NCBI GenBank assembly: GCA_963663035.1
Contig: OY760074.1
Location: forward strand, 1,120,001-1,184,000
Direction: 5' to 3'
Source of the DNA: Acidobacteriota bacterium
Lineage (GTDB): Bacteria > Acidobacteriota > UBA6911 > RPQK01 > JADFOI01
Length of the DNA: 64,000 bases
Below, piece by piece: positions 55,163-64,000 of this stretch. Every line of letters starts with the position of its first letter. Within the stretch, counting starts at the first letter, position 1. The position numbers and the translations under genes were made by a program. The notes beneath the pieces are model-generated. The model saw nothing but the letters and a program-made list of their open reading frames with translations. It had not been told where the DNA came from and did no database searches.

Positions 55163-55930
55163 TTAGGTCTGTCCCTGCCGGAAGATTTCATAGAGCACTA
55201 GGGAGCCCGCCACGGCGGCATTCAGACTTTTCGACTGAGACTCCATGGGGATGTGCAGGTGATGATCCGCCAGCTTCAGGACAGAAGCCTCCAGGCCCCG
55301 ACCTTCATTGCCAATCGCTACCACCAGAGGAGGCCGAAAGCGGACCCCAAACAAGGAGTCTCCACCTTGCGGGGTCGTGGCCCAGATATGATATCCGCGG
55401 CTTTTGAACTCTTCCACTTCAATTCCCTCCAGAAACGGAACCGAGAACAGCGAAGCCGCCGAGGCCCGGACGACCTTGGAGTTGAAACAGGAGACGGTGT
55501 TGCCGCTGGTAGCCACACTAAAGATTCCCGTGGCCCGGGCAGTGCGCAAAAGTGTGCCGACATTCCCTGGATCCTGGATCTGGTGCAGGTAGAGAATCCA
55601 GGAGGAGAAATCGGCCCAAGTCCAGACGGGCTTTTTGAAAAAGGCGACTATCTGTTGAGAAGAGTCGAGAGCGGATAGATTCTCAAGTAGGCCAGGAGCC
55701 AGGCAAACGGAGCGGCGAGAGTGGGGAAGAAGCGTCTCTACGCGGGGCTGGGCCGTATCTGAGAAAAGCAAAAGTTCAATGGGACGCTGAGCGGAGAGGT
55801 CCTGGACTTGTCTCCAACCTTCAACGGGGATCCAGGGGCAGTCCTCTTTCTCAGGGTGAGACACATATTGACGCCATTGTTTGTACTGTTCGTTTTGGCG
55901 GCTTTCAATGCGAGTAACAGAAGATGACAC
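55163..55930 (-). CDS. TrmH/SpoU-family RNA 2'-O-methyltransferase
   Basis: IQDPGNVGTLLRTA, GNEGRGL and IPM....SLNAAVA motifs. Confidence 0.92.
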   Translation of the reverse strand: MSSSVTRIESRQNEQYKQWRQYVSHPEKEDCPWIPVEGWRQVQDLSAQRPIELLLFSDTAQPRVETLLPHSRRSVCLAPGLLENLSALDSSQQIVAFFKKPVWTWADFSSWILYLHQIQDPGNVGTLLRTARATGIFSVATSGNTVSCFNSKVVRASAASLFSVPFLEGIEVEEFKSRGYHIWATTPQGGDSLFGVRFRPPLVVAIGNEGRGLEASVLKLADHHLHIPMESQSKSLNAAVAGSLVLYEIFRQGQT

Positions 55931-55989
55931 TTTCGATAGTTTATCAAGAGTTCGGGGGCAGATTTGGAATTTCTGCTATCTTTACAGAC

Positions 55990-56616
55990 ATGTATCTGGA
56001 CCTTGACTCTCCCTCACCAGGGGTCATCGAAAAAGCGGCCCAGGTCATCCGTCAAGGTGAGGTCGTGCATTACCCCACGGACACCATCTACGGTCTGGGC
56101 TGCGATCCATTCAATGAGAGAGCCCTGGAGCGTCTCTTCGCTATCAAGGGCCGCTCGGCGGGAAAAGGGGTATTGCTGCTTGTGCCAGATTTCTCTTATT
56201 CTGAAATGTTTTCAGATAATATATCTAATGTATTTTATAAGCTGGTGGAAGCCTTCTGGCCGGGCCCTGTCACCTTCCTTCTGGAGGGGAAGCCGTCCCT
56301 TTCCCGGTGGCTGGTGGGAGAGAAGGGCAAGGTGGGATTGCGGCATCCTGATTTGACCTTCCTGGAACTCTGGATGCAGGCCATCCCGGGCCCCCTCGTG
56401 TCCACTAGCGCCAACCGTTCAGGGAAGCCGCAGGCTCAATCATTGGCTGAGTTAAAAAGACTTTTTCGACACCAGGTGGATCTCTTTCTGGAAGGTGAGG
56501 AGATAGATTTGAGCAGCAGACCCTCGACGGTGGTTGACTTGACCAGAGATCCGCCCAGCATTGTGAGGGCTGGACGCTGGGCCGGGAGAGTGGAGGAATT
56601 TCTCAGCAGTCAATGA
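55990..56616 (+). CDS. tsaC: L-threonylcarbamoyladenylate synthase (Sua5/YrdC/TsaC)
   Basis: YPTDTIYGLG, IKGR, FWPGP.T, STSANRSG and PSTVVD motifs. Confidence 0.92.
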   Translation: MYLDLDSPSPGVIEKAAQVIRQGEVVHYPTDTIYGLGCDPFNERALERLFAIKGRSAGKGVLLLVPDFSYSEMFSDNISNVFYKLVEAFWPGPVTFLLEGKPSLSRWLVGEKGKVGLRHPDLTFLELWMQAIPGPLVSTSANRSGKPQAQSLAELKRLFRHQVDLFLEGEEIDLSSRPSTVVDLTRDPPSIVRAGRWAGRVEEFLSSQ

Positions 56617-56635
56617 TAAGAATGAAAGGAGTGAC

Positions 56636-57421
56636 ATGCCTCGAACTTGGCTAGGGTTCAAAGGAATTGGGATTCTCCTGGGTCTGCTGGCCGGCTCCCT
56701 TTGCCCGGTCCTTCCTCAGTCCAGTTCCTCGCAGCTGAGCGCTATCGAGATTGTTGATAAGGTCGACCGGATGATGCGGGGAGACTCCTCCTGGGGCAGA
56801 TTGGAAATGGCGGTCGTCACCAGGCGCTGGGAGCGAAGTGTCACTCTGGAAATCTGGTCTGAGGGTACGGAACAGGCTCTCATAAAGATTCTCAAGCCCA
56901 AGAAAGAGGAGGGAACGGCAACTCTCAAAGTGGGCTCTGACATGTGGAATTACCTGCCCAAGATCGATCGCACCATTCGGGTACCCTCCTCAATGATGAT
57001 GGCTTCCTGGATGGGCTCTCATTTCACCAATGACGATCTGGTCAAGGAAAGCCGTCTCATTCGCGACTACGAGATTGAGATCTTCTACCAAGGCGAACGG
57101 GAAGGGGTTGATGTCTACGAGTTTATCCTGACTCCTTATCCTGAGGCGCCGGTGGTGTGGGGCAAGATACTCTACCAAGTCCGCACGGAGGATCTGATGC
57201 CGACCTGGGTCGAATACTACGGTGAAGATGGAGAACTCAAGCGTACCCTGACCTTTTCTGAATATCGGGAGATGAGCGGACGACTGCTCCCAGCCAGATC
57301 CAGGATGGTCCCTCAGGATAAACCGCAGGAATACACCGAGGTCATCTATCTCGAGCTTCGCCTTGATATCCCCTTGCCCGAGGGAACCTTTTCGCTGGCC
57401 TCCCTGCGGAGATCGAGATGA
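56636..57421 (+). CDS. LolA-like outer-membrane lipoprotein-sorting protein
   Basis: Signal peptide; P.KE.G.A.LK, MWNYLP and WMGSHFTNDD motifs typical of this ABC-associated family. Confidence 0.8.
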   Translation: MPRTWLGFKGIGILLGLLAGSLCPVLPQSSSSQLSAIEIVDKVDRMMRGDSSWGRLEMAVVTRRWERSVTLEIWSEGTEQALIKILKPKKEEGTATLKVGSDMWNYLPKIDRTIRVPSSMMMASWMGSHFTNDDLVKESRLIRDYEIEIFYQGEREGVDVYEFILTPYPEAPVVWGKILYQVRTEDLMPTWVEYYGEDGELKRTLTFSEYREMSGRLLPARSRMVPQDKPQEYTEVIYLELRLDIPLPEGTFSLASLRRSR

Positions 57422-58674
57422 TTGTTTGGCGGCTGGGCTGGCGAAACCTGTGGAGAAACCCCAAGCGCAGCCTGATTACCATCTCCGCGGTGGGTTGTGG
57501 CTATGCCTTTTTGATTGCTCTGATAGGCTTGATGGTCGGCTTGTCGGGACAGATGCTCAAGAACGGAACGGGACTGCTCCTGGGTGACCTGCAGCTTCAC
57601 CATTCCGATTATCTGCCCGAGCGCAGCCTCTACGATACTGTCGGCAGCGACACCACCAGTGAGCTGGAAAGCTTACTCCATCAGCTCAGTCTTTACCCTG
57701 AGCTGGAGGGTCGCTCCACCCGAGTGTATGGATTCGGTCTTTTTTCAACGGGCGAGAATTCTGCGGGAGGCCGTTTGATGGGTGTGGATCCTGAAGCGGA
57801 AGCAAGTGTGACTACCTTCCTGGAGGGGCTTCAGAGTGGAGAGCTGAGCCGCTCGGTGACCCGTCCTGTGCTGTTGGGGAGTGCCCTGGCACGGGAACTG
57901 GAGGCAACCGTGGGAACGGAGGTGGCCATCGTCACTCAGGCCGCCGACGGCAGCCTTGGAAACGACCTTTTTTTGGTGTCTGGAATCCTGCACACGGGTC
58001 TCAGTTATGTGGATCGCTCTCTGGCGGTTCTCTATTTGACGGATTTGCAGGAGCTGCTGGTGATGAGTCCGGAGGAGATTCATGAGATCGCAGTGAAGAT
58101 CCAGGACCCCATGGCTGCCGATGAGTTTGTGGCCCGTCTCAACGGTTCCGGGGATTTGCCACAGGACACCCGCGCCCAGAGCTGGGGGGAGCTTTCACCC
58201 CAGCTGAGAGACTACGTGAGCATGGCCCAGGGGATGTACGGATTCATCATCCTGATTATTGGCCTCTTCACCGCCGTCGGTGTGCTCAACACCATGATGA
58301 TGGCGGTCTTTGAGAGGACTCGCGAGATCGGGCTGGTCAACGCTTTGGGAATGTCCCCACTCCTCATTGTCAGTTCGATTTTCCTGGAGAGCTTCCTTCT
58401 GGGCATTCTGGGTTTGCTGGGGGGATTTGGTCTGGGAGCCTGGGCGATGTCTTATCTCACCAGCCAGGGCCTGGACTTGAGCAGGTGGATGGGAGAACTT
58501 TCCATGCTGGGAACCCGAATGGACCCTGTTTTGAAAGCCGCCTGGGGATGGGATTATATCCTATGGTCGGCCCTGGGTTTGATTCTGGCCACGGTTTTGG
58601 CCGCCTTCTTTCCTGCCCTGCGGGCGGCTCGATTGAATCCAGTGCAGGCTCTGTCGGCTCCTGTGGAAGGGTAA
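57418..58674 (+). CDS. ABC transporter permease (LolC/E-MacB/FtsX type)
   Basis: WRNLWRNPKRS, NTMMMAVFERTREIG...ALG and PALRAARLNPV motifs. Confidence 0.9.
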   Translation: MIVWRLGWRNLWRNPKRSLITISAVGCGYAFLIALIGLMVGLSGQMLKNGTGLLLGDLQLHHSDYLPERSLYDTVGSDTTSELESLLHQLSLYPELEGRSTRVYGFGLFSTGENSAGGRLMGVDPEAEASVTTFLEGLQSGELSRSVTRPVLLGSALARELEATVGTEVAIVTQAADGSLGNDLFLVSGILHTGLSYVDRSLAVLYLTDLQELLVMSPEEIHEIAVKIQDPMAADEFVARLNGSGDLPQDTRAQSWGELSPQLRDYVSMAQGMYGFIILIIGLFTAVGVLNTMMMAVFERTREIGLVNALGMSPLLIVSSIFLESFLLGILGLLGGFGLGAWAMSYLTSQGLDLSRWMGELSMLGTRMDPVLKAAWGWDYILWSALGLILATVLAAFFPALRAARLNPVQALSAPVEG

Positions 58675-58679
58675 GAAAA

Positions 58680-59927
58680 GTGTCCATCCTCTTGAAGATA
58701 GCCTGGCGGAACCTGTGGCGAAAGCCTCGCAGAACAGTTCTCACCGTCACCACGATCTCTCTGGGCCTGACACTGTTGTTGATCTCCCTGGGCCTTGGCG
58801 ATGGCGGGCATGAGCAGATGATTGACAGCGCCGTGCATATGGGCTCAGGGCATGTCCTGGTTCAGCAGCAGGGTTATCAGGAACAGGGAGGAGTCGCCAG
58901 GTTGCTGAGTCCTGAGGAGATCGACAGCGTGGAGTCCTGGGGCCAGGAGATGAAAGGGCAGTTCCCTATTCACCATGTTTTACGTCGAACCTTCGTGTCA
59001 GGTCTGGCCTCTTCAGCCGATGGCTCCACGGGAGTTCAGATCACGGGAATCCAGGCCCCGCTGGAAGAGCAGGCTTCCGACTTTGCTGACAAGCTGATCG
59101 AAGGGGACTTCCTGACGGACCAGGACAGGGATCGGGTGATCCTGGGTGAGGGAGTGGCCCTGAAACTCTCCGTCGGGGTGGGGGAGAAACTCGTCCTGAT
59201 GGCACAGGGCGCTGATGGCCAGGAGATTCGCTCCCGTCTGGTGCGGGTGGGGGGGATTCTGCGAACCGGACTGGAGGAGCAGGATCAGGTCCTGGTCTTG
59301 CTCCCCGTGGCCTCTTCTCAGGAATTTCTGGCCTTGGGGGTGGGGGTCCATCAAATTGCCTTTCTGATGCAGGATGCTCGGCGCTCAGAGGAGCTGGCCG
59401 GCCTGGGGAAGCAGCGGTTCTCCACTCTGGAGGTGTTGAGCTGGGGAGAAGCCATGCCCGAGTTGAAGGAGTTCATTCGGATTGACGATGGGGGCAGCTA
59501 TGTCATGAATGTCATCTTCTTCATGCTCATCAGCTTTACCGTGCTCAATACGCTGCTCATGTCCGTCCTGGAGCGGGGCCGCGAGTTTGCCCTGCTTCAT
59601 TGTCTGGGACTCACGCCGGGCAGGCGATTTACCCTGGTGCTGCTGGAAGCCTTCTTTATTGCCGCTTTCTCGGCTCTCCTCGGGTTTAGCCTGGGATACG
59701 GTGGGCACCTCTATTTGAAACACCATGGCCTGCCCTTGGACCTCTTTTACTCAGGAGAGATCTCGGCTGCCGGTGTGGCCTTTGACCCGGTCCTTTATTC
59801 TGCTCTTTCCGCTGCCCGGATTCTCCAGGCGATGGTGTTGGTCTTTGGCATGACCCTGATTCTGTCCCTGGCTCCGGCCTGGCGGGCGGCCAGGTCAGCA
59901 GATGTGCACTCACTGGGACGGGCATGA
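58680..59927 (+). CDS. ABC transporter permease (LolC/E type), second subunit
   Basis: IAWRNLWRKPRRT and NTLLMSVLER.REF motifs; GTG start at 58680. Confidence 0.9.
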   Translation: MSILLKIAWRNLWRKPRRTVLTVTTISLGLTLLLISLGLGDGGHEQMIDSAVHMGSGHVLVQQQGYQEQGGVARLLSPEEIDSVESWGQEMKGQFPIHHVLRRTFVSGLASSADGSTGVQITGIQAPLEEQASDFADKLIEGDFLTDQDRDRVILGEGVALKLSVGVGEKLVLMAQGADGQEIRSRLVRVGGILRTGLEEQDQVLVLLPVASSQEFLALGVGVHQIAFLMQDARRSEELAGLGKQRFSTLEVLSWGEAMPELKEFIRIDDGGSYVMNVIFFMLISFTVLNTLLMSVLERGREFALLHCLGLTPGRRFTLVLLEAFFIAAFSALLGFSLGYGGHLYLKHHGLPLDLFYSGEISAAGVAFDPVLYSALSAARILQAMVLVFGMTLILSLAPAWRAARSADVHSLGRA

Positions 59928-60631
59928 TGACTCGAGAGAACACGATCCTTCGACTTCAAGATGTCTCTCGGATCTATCATCAGGGAGATGAGACGATTCG
60001 GGCACTGGACGATGTCAGTTTGACCCTGCACCAGGGTGAGTTTGTGGCCCTCGCCGGGCCCTCTGGCTCGGGCAAGACGACACTGCTGAATGTTGCGGTG
60101 GGGTTGGATCAGCCGACCCAGGGAAAGGTCTGGATTGAGGGCCAGGATTTGAGCGGGATGAAGGCCCCTGAGCTGGCTCGATTACGCCTCAATGAGGTGG
60201 GGTTCATCTTCCAGGCCTACAATCTGGTCCCCGTCTTGAGTGCAGCGGAAAATACTGAGCTGATTCTGCTGCTCAGAGGTGTGCCGGCGGCTGAGAGGAG
60301 GAAAGCCGTTCGCCAGGTGCTCAAGGAGGTGGGCCTGGAAGGTCTTGAAGATCGCAGACCGTCGCAGCTTTCCGGTGGACAGCAGCAGCGGGTGGCGGTG
60401 GCCCGTGCCATAGCGGCCGAACCCGCTCTGGTTCTGGCCGATGAACCGACGGCCAATCTGGACAGCGAAACGGCCTTCGCATTGATGGAACTCCTGGAAA
60501 AGCTGAACCAGGAGCATTCCACCACATTTCTCTTTTCCACCCATGACCCCCGCGTGATGAAGCGGGCCAGGCGGATCATTCATCTGGTGGATGGACATGT
60601 GGAGAGGGACGAATCCCAAACCAGCGGCTAG
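59924..60631 (+). CDS. ABC transporter ATP-binding protein (LolD-like)
   Basis: GPSGSGKTT, LSGGQQQRVA, ADEPTANLD and STHD motifs. Confidence 0.93.
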   Translation: MMTRENTILRLQDVSRIYHQGDETIRALDDVSLTLHQGEFVALAGPSGSGKTTLLNVAVGLDQPTQGKVWIEGQDLSGMKAPELARLRLNEVGFIFQAYNLVPVLSAAENTELILLLRGVPAAERRKAVRQVLKEVGLEGLEDRRPSQLSGGQQQRVAVARAIAAEPALVLADEPTANLDSETAFALMELLEKLNQEHSTTFLFSTHDPRVMKRARRIIHLVDGHVERDESQTSG

Positions 60632-60636
60632 CAAAC

Positions 60637-61842
60637 TTGATGTCAAGATTCTACCCGTGCCTTCGCTCTGCTCTCTTCCTCTTCTTCTTGATGGAATGCT
60701 CTGTTCCCTGGCTGCAGGCTCAGGAGTTCGATTGGGGCGGATCCATCCGAGGATACCAATTCTTCCGGGTGGAGCCCACCACCGGCTCATCCCTGCGCCG
60801 GGACTCGGAACTCTGGATCCTGCGTCTCACCGGGGAAGGCCTTTTCGGACAGCATGTCAGTGTGGAAGCTCATCCCCTCCTGCAGCTGGTGTCCCCATCG
60901 CTGTCTGGGCCTTCGCGTTTGGCCACGGCCACCACGCCCACCTATCTTCCCCTGGATCACTCCTTTACCAGCAGCAGGCGTGTCGACCTGGTGGGGAGTT
61001 TTGATCGACTCAATCTGCAAATCGATCTCCAGTCGGCGAGAATCGTGGCCGGCCGCCAGGCCATCACCTGGGGGGTCACTTATTTTTGGCCCTCTCTGGA
61101 TCTTTTTGCTTCCTTTGCCCCCCGCCGGGTGGACCGCGACTACAAGCCGGGAGTTGATGCCGTCCGTGCCAGCATTCCCCTGGGAGCCTTCTCGGAAGTG
61201 GAGGTGATTGGGGCAGTTCTGGGTTCCTCTGTTTCGCGGGACGGCGCAGCGGGAGCCCTGGCCCGGATTTACCTGGGACCGGTCGATGTGGGTGTGATGG
61301 GAGGAAGGTTTCACCAGGACACGGTGGCTGGGGGTTTCTTTACTGCAAACGTTCAGGGGACGGGCTTGCGAGGGGAAGTGAACTGGACCCAATCGGGTGA
61401 TGCGGAGGATCTGGTGCGGGACCGGCGGATCTTCTGGCGCACTGCTGTGGGAATCGATCGGCAGCTGACCCCGACTCTCTCGCTCACCCTGGAGTTTTCC
61501 TTCAACGGATACGGAGGAAGCCAGGCCTCTGACTACCTGGATTTGAGCACATCAGACCGCGTTGTGCGGGGAGAAGTCACTGCCCTGGGGAAATTCTATA
61601 CGGGTATCTCCAGCGCCTGGCGTTTTCATCCTCTGGGCGTCCTCACCAGCAGCCTTCTCATCAATTGGCAGGATCCCTCCACCCTCTGGGTGCCCTCTCT
61701 GAGCTGGTCCACCGGCAACAACTCGGAAGTGTCATTGGGCAGCCAGATTGGCCTGGGCAAGGGACTCCAAGCGGGTATCCCTCAAAGCGAGTATGGCTCG
61801 CTTTCCAATACCCTTTTTGCAGGTTTCAGGGTGTATTTTTGA
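60637..61842 (+). CDS. Putative outer-membrane beta-barrel protein associated with the ABC exporter
   Basis: Signal peptide; DRL, GRQAITWG and PGVDA motifs; C-terminal aromatic ..RVYF. Confidence 0.7.
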   Translation: MMSRFYPCLRSALFLFFLMECSVPWLQAQEFDWGGSIRGYQFFRVEPTTGSSLRRDSELWILRLTGEGLFGQHVSVEAHPLLQLVSPSLSGPSRLATATTPTYLPLDHSFTSSRRVDLVGSFDRLNLQIDLQSARIVAGRQAITWGVTYFWPSLDLFASFAPRRVDRDYKPGVDAVRASIPLGAFSEVEVIGAVLGSSVSRDGAAGALARIYLGPVDVGVMGGRFHQDTVAGGFFTANVQGTGLRGEVNWTQSGDAEDLVRDRRIFWRTAVGIDRQLTPTLSLTLEFSFNGYGGSQASDYLDLSTSDRVVRGEVTALGKFYTGISSAWRFHPLGVLTSSLLINWQDPSTLWVPSLSWSTGNNSEVSLGSQIGLGKGLQAGIPQSEYGSLSNTLFAGFRVYF

Positions 61843-61846
61843 GAGT

Positions 61847-62042
61847 AGGAGGCAGGAGGCAGGAGGTAGGAGGTAGGAGGTAGGAGGCAGGAGGTAGGAG
61901 GTAGGAGGCAGGAGGTAGGAGGTAGGAGGTAGGAGGCAGGAGGTAGGAGGTAGGAGGTAGGAGGTAGGAGGTAGGAGGTAGGAGGTAGGAGGCAGGAAGT
62001 AGGAGGTAGGAGGTAGGAGGCAGGAAGTAGGAGGTAGGAGGA
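61847..62042 (+). repeat. Heptamer tandem array (AGGAGGY) x28
   Basis: 196 bp of AGGAGGT/AGGAGGC units (two AGGAAGT, last unit AGGAGGA). A short reverse-complement-like tract CTGCCTCCTGACTCCTGTCTCCTGACTCCTACCTCCT follows at ~62097-62133. Confidence 0.95.
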
Positions 62043-62212
62043 GATTCCTGAAACCTGGAACCGCTGACACCTCACACTTCTTTTCTCTTCTGGATTCTGC
62101 CTCCTGACTCCTGTCTCCTGACTCCTACCTCCTTCCCCAATTCCGTTGCCTTTAGGCCTCAATAGGAGTAGTATTCAGGGACGTATATTCTTTTAAATTG
62201 AGGGGAGGCACG

Positions 62213-63967
62213 GTGCTCGGTAAGACATTCTCTCAGTACCGCATTGAGGCAAGTTTAGGCAAAGGCGGAATGGGGGAAGTGTATCTGGCTCAGGACACCA
62301 CTCTGGATCGCAAAGTTGCACTGAAGTTCCTGGCCGAAGAGATGCAGCAGGACAGCAATGCCAGACTACGCTTTCTGAGGGAAGCCAAGTCGGCGGCATC
62401 CCTGGATCATCCCTATATCTGCAAGATCTACGCCGTAGGAGAGGACCAGGGAAAGTCCTTCATTGCGATGGAGTACGTTCAGGGTGCAACCCTGAAGGAT
62501 CGCCTGGCCAAGGGTCCTTTGAAACTAAAGGAGGCCCTGGTTACAGCCGTGGAGATGGCCGAGGCCCTGGAGGAGGCCCATAACAAGAAGATCGTTCATC
62601 GAGATATCAAGCCCTCCAATATTATGCTGGCACAGACCGGCCATGTGAAAATCATGGACTTTGGTTTGGCCAAGTACCTTGCTGCTTCTGGGGATGAAGA
62701 GCAGGTGAATACCACGGACCTCACCGAGGAAGGATCCGCCCTGGGGACTGTGCCCTATATGTCTCCTGAGCAGATCCGGGGGCAGCCAGTCGACACCCGT
62801 TCAGATATCTTCTCCTTTGGCCTGCTGCTTTATGAGCTGCTCACCGGTGTGAACCCTTTTCGGAAGGGTACGACCATGGATACCGCCCAGGCTATCATCA
62901 ATGAAACGGCGCCCCCCTTGGCTCGCTTCACCCACGACATTCCCGAACTGCTCCAACACGTTGTCAGGAAGATGCTGAACAAGGAAGCAGAGAGGCGCTA
63001 CCAACTCATTCATGAGGTGCGGATTGATCTGGAAGACCTTTCCAGGATGATCGAACGGATGAGCGACACGACGCTGAGCGGGAGTAACATGGAGGCCACC
63101 ATACCGCTCGCAGGTTTGACACCCAGCACGACGGTTACAATGCCGGGCATTGACCCAAGGTCTGTCCCGGAGAGAACGGAAAAGGGCCGGTCGAAGCAGC
63201 GCTATTACGTAGGTGGAGTCTCTGTTGGCCTGGCTGGTCTCATCCTGATGCTGGCACTGTATTGGCCCAAAGCAGGGCCAGATCCTCTCCCTCTCCCCGG
63301 TAAAATTTCGACGCTGACGGGAGAGATGGTGCTGGTTGCAGCGGGGGAATCTCTCAGCGCTTCAGGTGGGGTCGGGGAGGTGGGGTATGCTGACTTCTAT
63401 CTCGACAGGTATGAGGTCACCAACCGACAGTTCAAGCAGTTTTGTGACGAAACTGGGCGTTCCTATCCTCCTGATCCTGAGATGATCCAAGACTACTTTT
63501 TGGGAAAGGCCGACTACCCGGTCGTGAACGTCACCTGGCAGGAAGCGAGGGCCTTTGCAGCCTGGGCAGGCAAACATCTTCCTTCTTTGCAGGAGTGGGA
63601 AAGGGCGGCACGCTCCTGGGATGACCGTCTATGGCCCTGGGGAAATGAGCTGCCGCAAGGAGAGGCCAACTTGGGAGGAAAAGAAGATGGGAGTGAATTC
63701 ATGGCATCAGTAGCCGCTTTTCCTCTGGATGTCAGCCCTTACGGTGTTGAGCAAATGGCTGGAAACGTAGCCGAATGGACTGTCCTGTTCGAGGAGGGGC
63801 AGGGTAGGGAAGTTCCCGTCATTAAAGGGGGAAGTTGGGTCAATCAACTGGCCGACTACGGCGAGACTTCCCCGGTAGTGGCCCGCTTTAAGCCAGAGAA
63901 TAGAACCCGCATGGACGGAGTGGGCTTCCGCTGTGCGGCTTCCCCTGAGGAGATTCAAAGACCATGA
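62213..63967 (+). CDS. Membrane Ser/Thr protein kinase with a C-terminal FGE-sulfatase (SUMF1-like) domain
   Basis: LGKGGMGEVY, VALK, HRDIKPSN, DFGLA and YMSPEQ kinase motifs; one TM helix; then YEVTN, PVVNVTW..A..FA, LPS..EWE.AAR, MAGNVAEW and GFRC. Confidence 0.92.
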   Translation: MLGKTFSQYRIEASLGKGGMGEVYLAQDTTLDRKVALKFLAEEMQQDSNARLRFLREAKSAASLDHPYICKIYAVGEDQGKSFIAMEYVQGATLKDRLAKGPLKLKEALVTAVEMAEALEEAHNKKIVHRDIKPSNIMLAQTGHVKIMDFGLAKYLAASGDEEQVNTTDLTEEGSALGTVPYMSPEQIRGQPVDTRSDIFSFGLLLYELLTGVNPFRKGTTMDTAQAIINETAPPLARFTHDIPELLQHVVRKMLNKEAERRYQLIHEVRIDLEDLSRMIERMSDTTLSGSNMEATIPLAGLTPSTTVTMPGIDPRSVPERTEKGRSKQRYYVGGVSVGLAGLILMLALYWPKAGPDPLPLPGKISTLTGEMVLVAAGESLSASGGVGEVGYADFYLDRYEVTNRQFKQFCDETGRSYPPDPEMIQDYFLGKADYPVVNVTWQEARAFAAWAGKHLPSLQEWERAARSWDDRLWPWGNELPQGEANLGGKEDGSEFMASVAAFPLDVSPYGVEQMAGNVAEWTVLFEEGQGREVPVIKGGSWVNQLADYGETSPVVARFKPENRTRMDGVGFRCAASPEEIQRP

Positions 63968-64000
63968 CAGAACTGAAGAAGCCCGGTTTTTCGCGAACCT

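Noticed and set aside
61847-62042. Possible CRISPR array or LLPPTSY-repeat protein (ORFs 61732-62070, 61782-62162)
   Set aside because: A pure 7-bp tandem repeat with no spacers; the ORFs are by-products of the repeat.
1-64000. tRNA, rRNA, cas or defence-system genes
   Set aside because: No recognisable motifs on manual reading; tRNAscan-SE, Infernal or DefenseFinder would be needed to exclude them formally.

Overview
Bacterial genomic window of moderate-to-high GC. Oar-type TonB-dependent receptors, a eukaryote-like Ser/Thr kinase and the general gene repertoire suggest Acidobacteriota (inference only). I found no rRNA, tRNA or CRISPR array. Left half (~3.2-30.8 kb): an apparently uncharacterised catabolic island. 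It holds two paralogous TonB-dependent receptors, each behind a duplicated sigma-54 promoter and enhancer, and four paralogous secreted amidohydrolase-3 proteins with an atypical Cys-rich active site. It also holds an SdhA/FrdA-like flavoprotein with a stand-alone 2Fe-2S partner, a creatininase-family hydrolase, two divergent UbiD decarboxylases, a Na+:solute symporter and a CoxMSL-like molybdenum hydroxylase. Right half: PIG-L deacetylase, ankyrin lipoprotein, MscS, a type IV pilus set (pilin, GAF-PilB, PilU, PilT), a lacD-nagZ-GNAT-SSS sugar cluster, rarA, a thrice-frameshifted TPR-like repeat gene, TrmH, TsaC, a Lol-like ABC exporter and a kinase-FGE fusion. Small mobile or repeated DNA is abundant: a complete IS256 nested in a MITE, a complete IS3, 8 copies plus 1 collapsed copy of a structured ~210-bp MITE whose paired arms co-vary copy by copy, 2 copies of a second ~277-bp MITE, a perfect 35-bp-arm palindrome, and a 28-unit AGGAGGY heptamer array.
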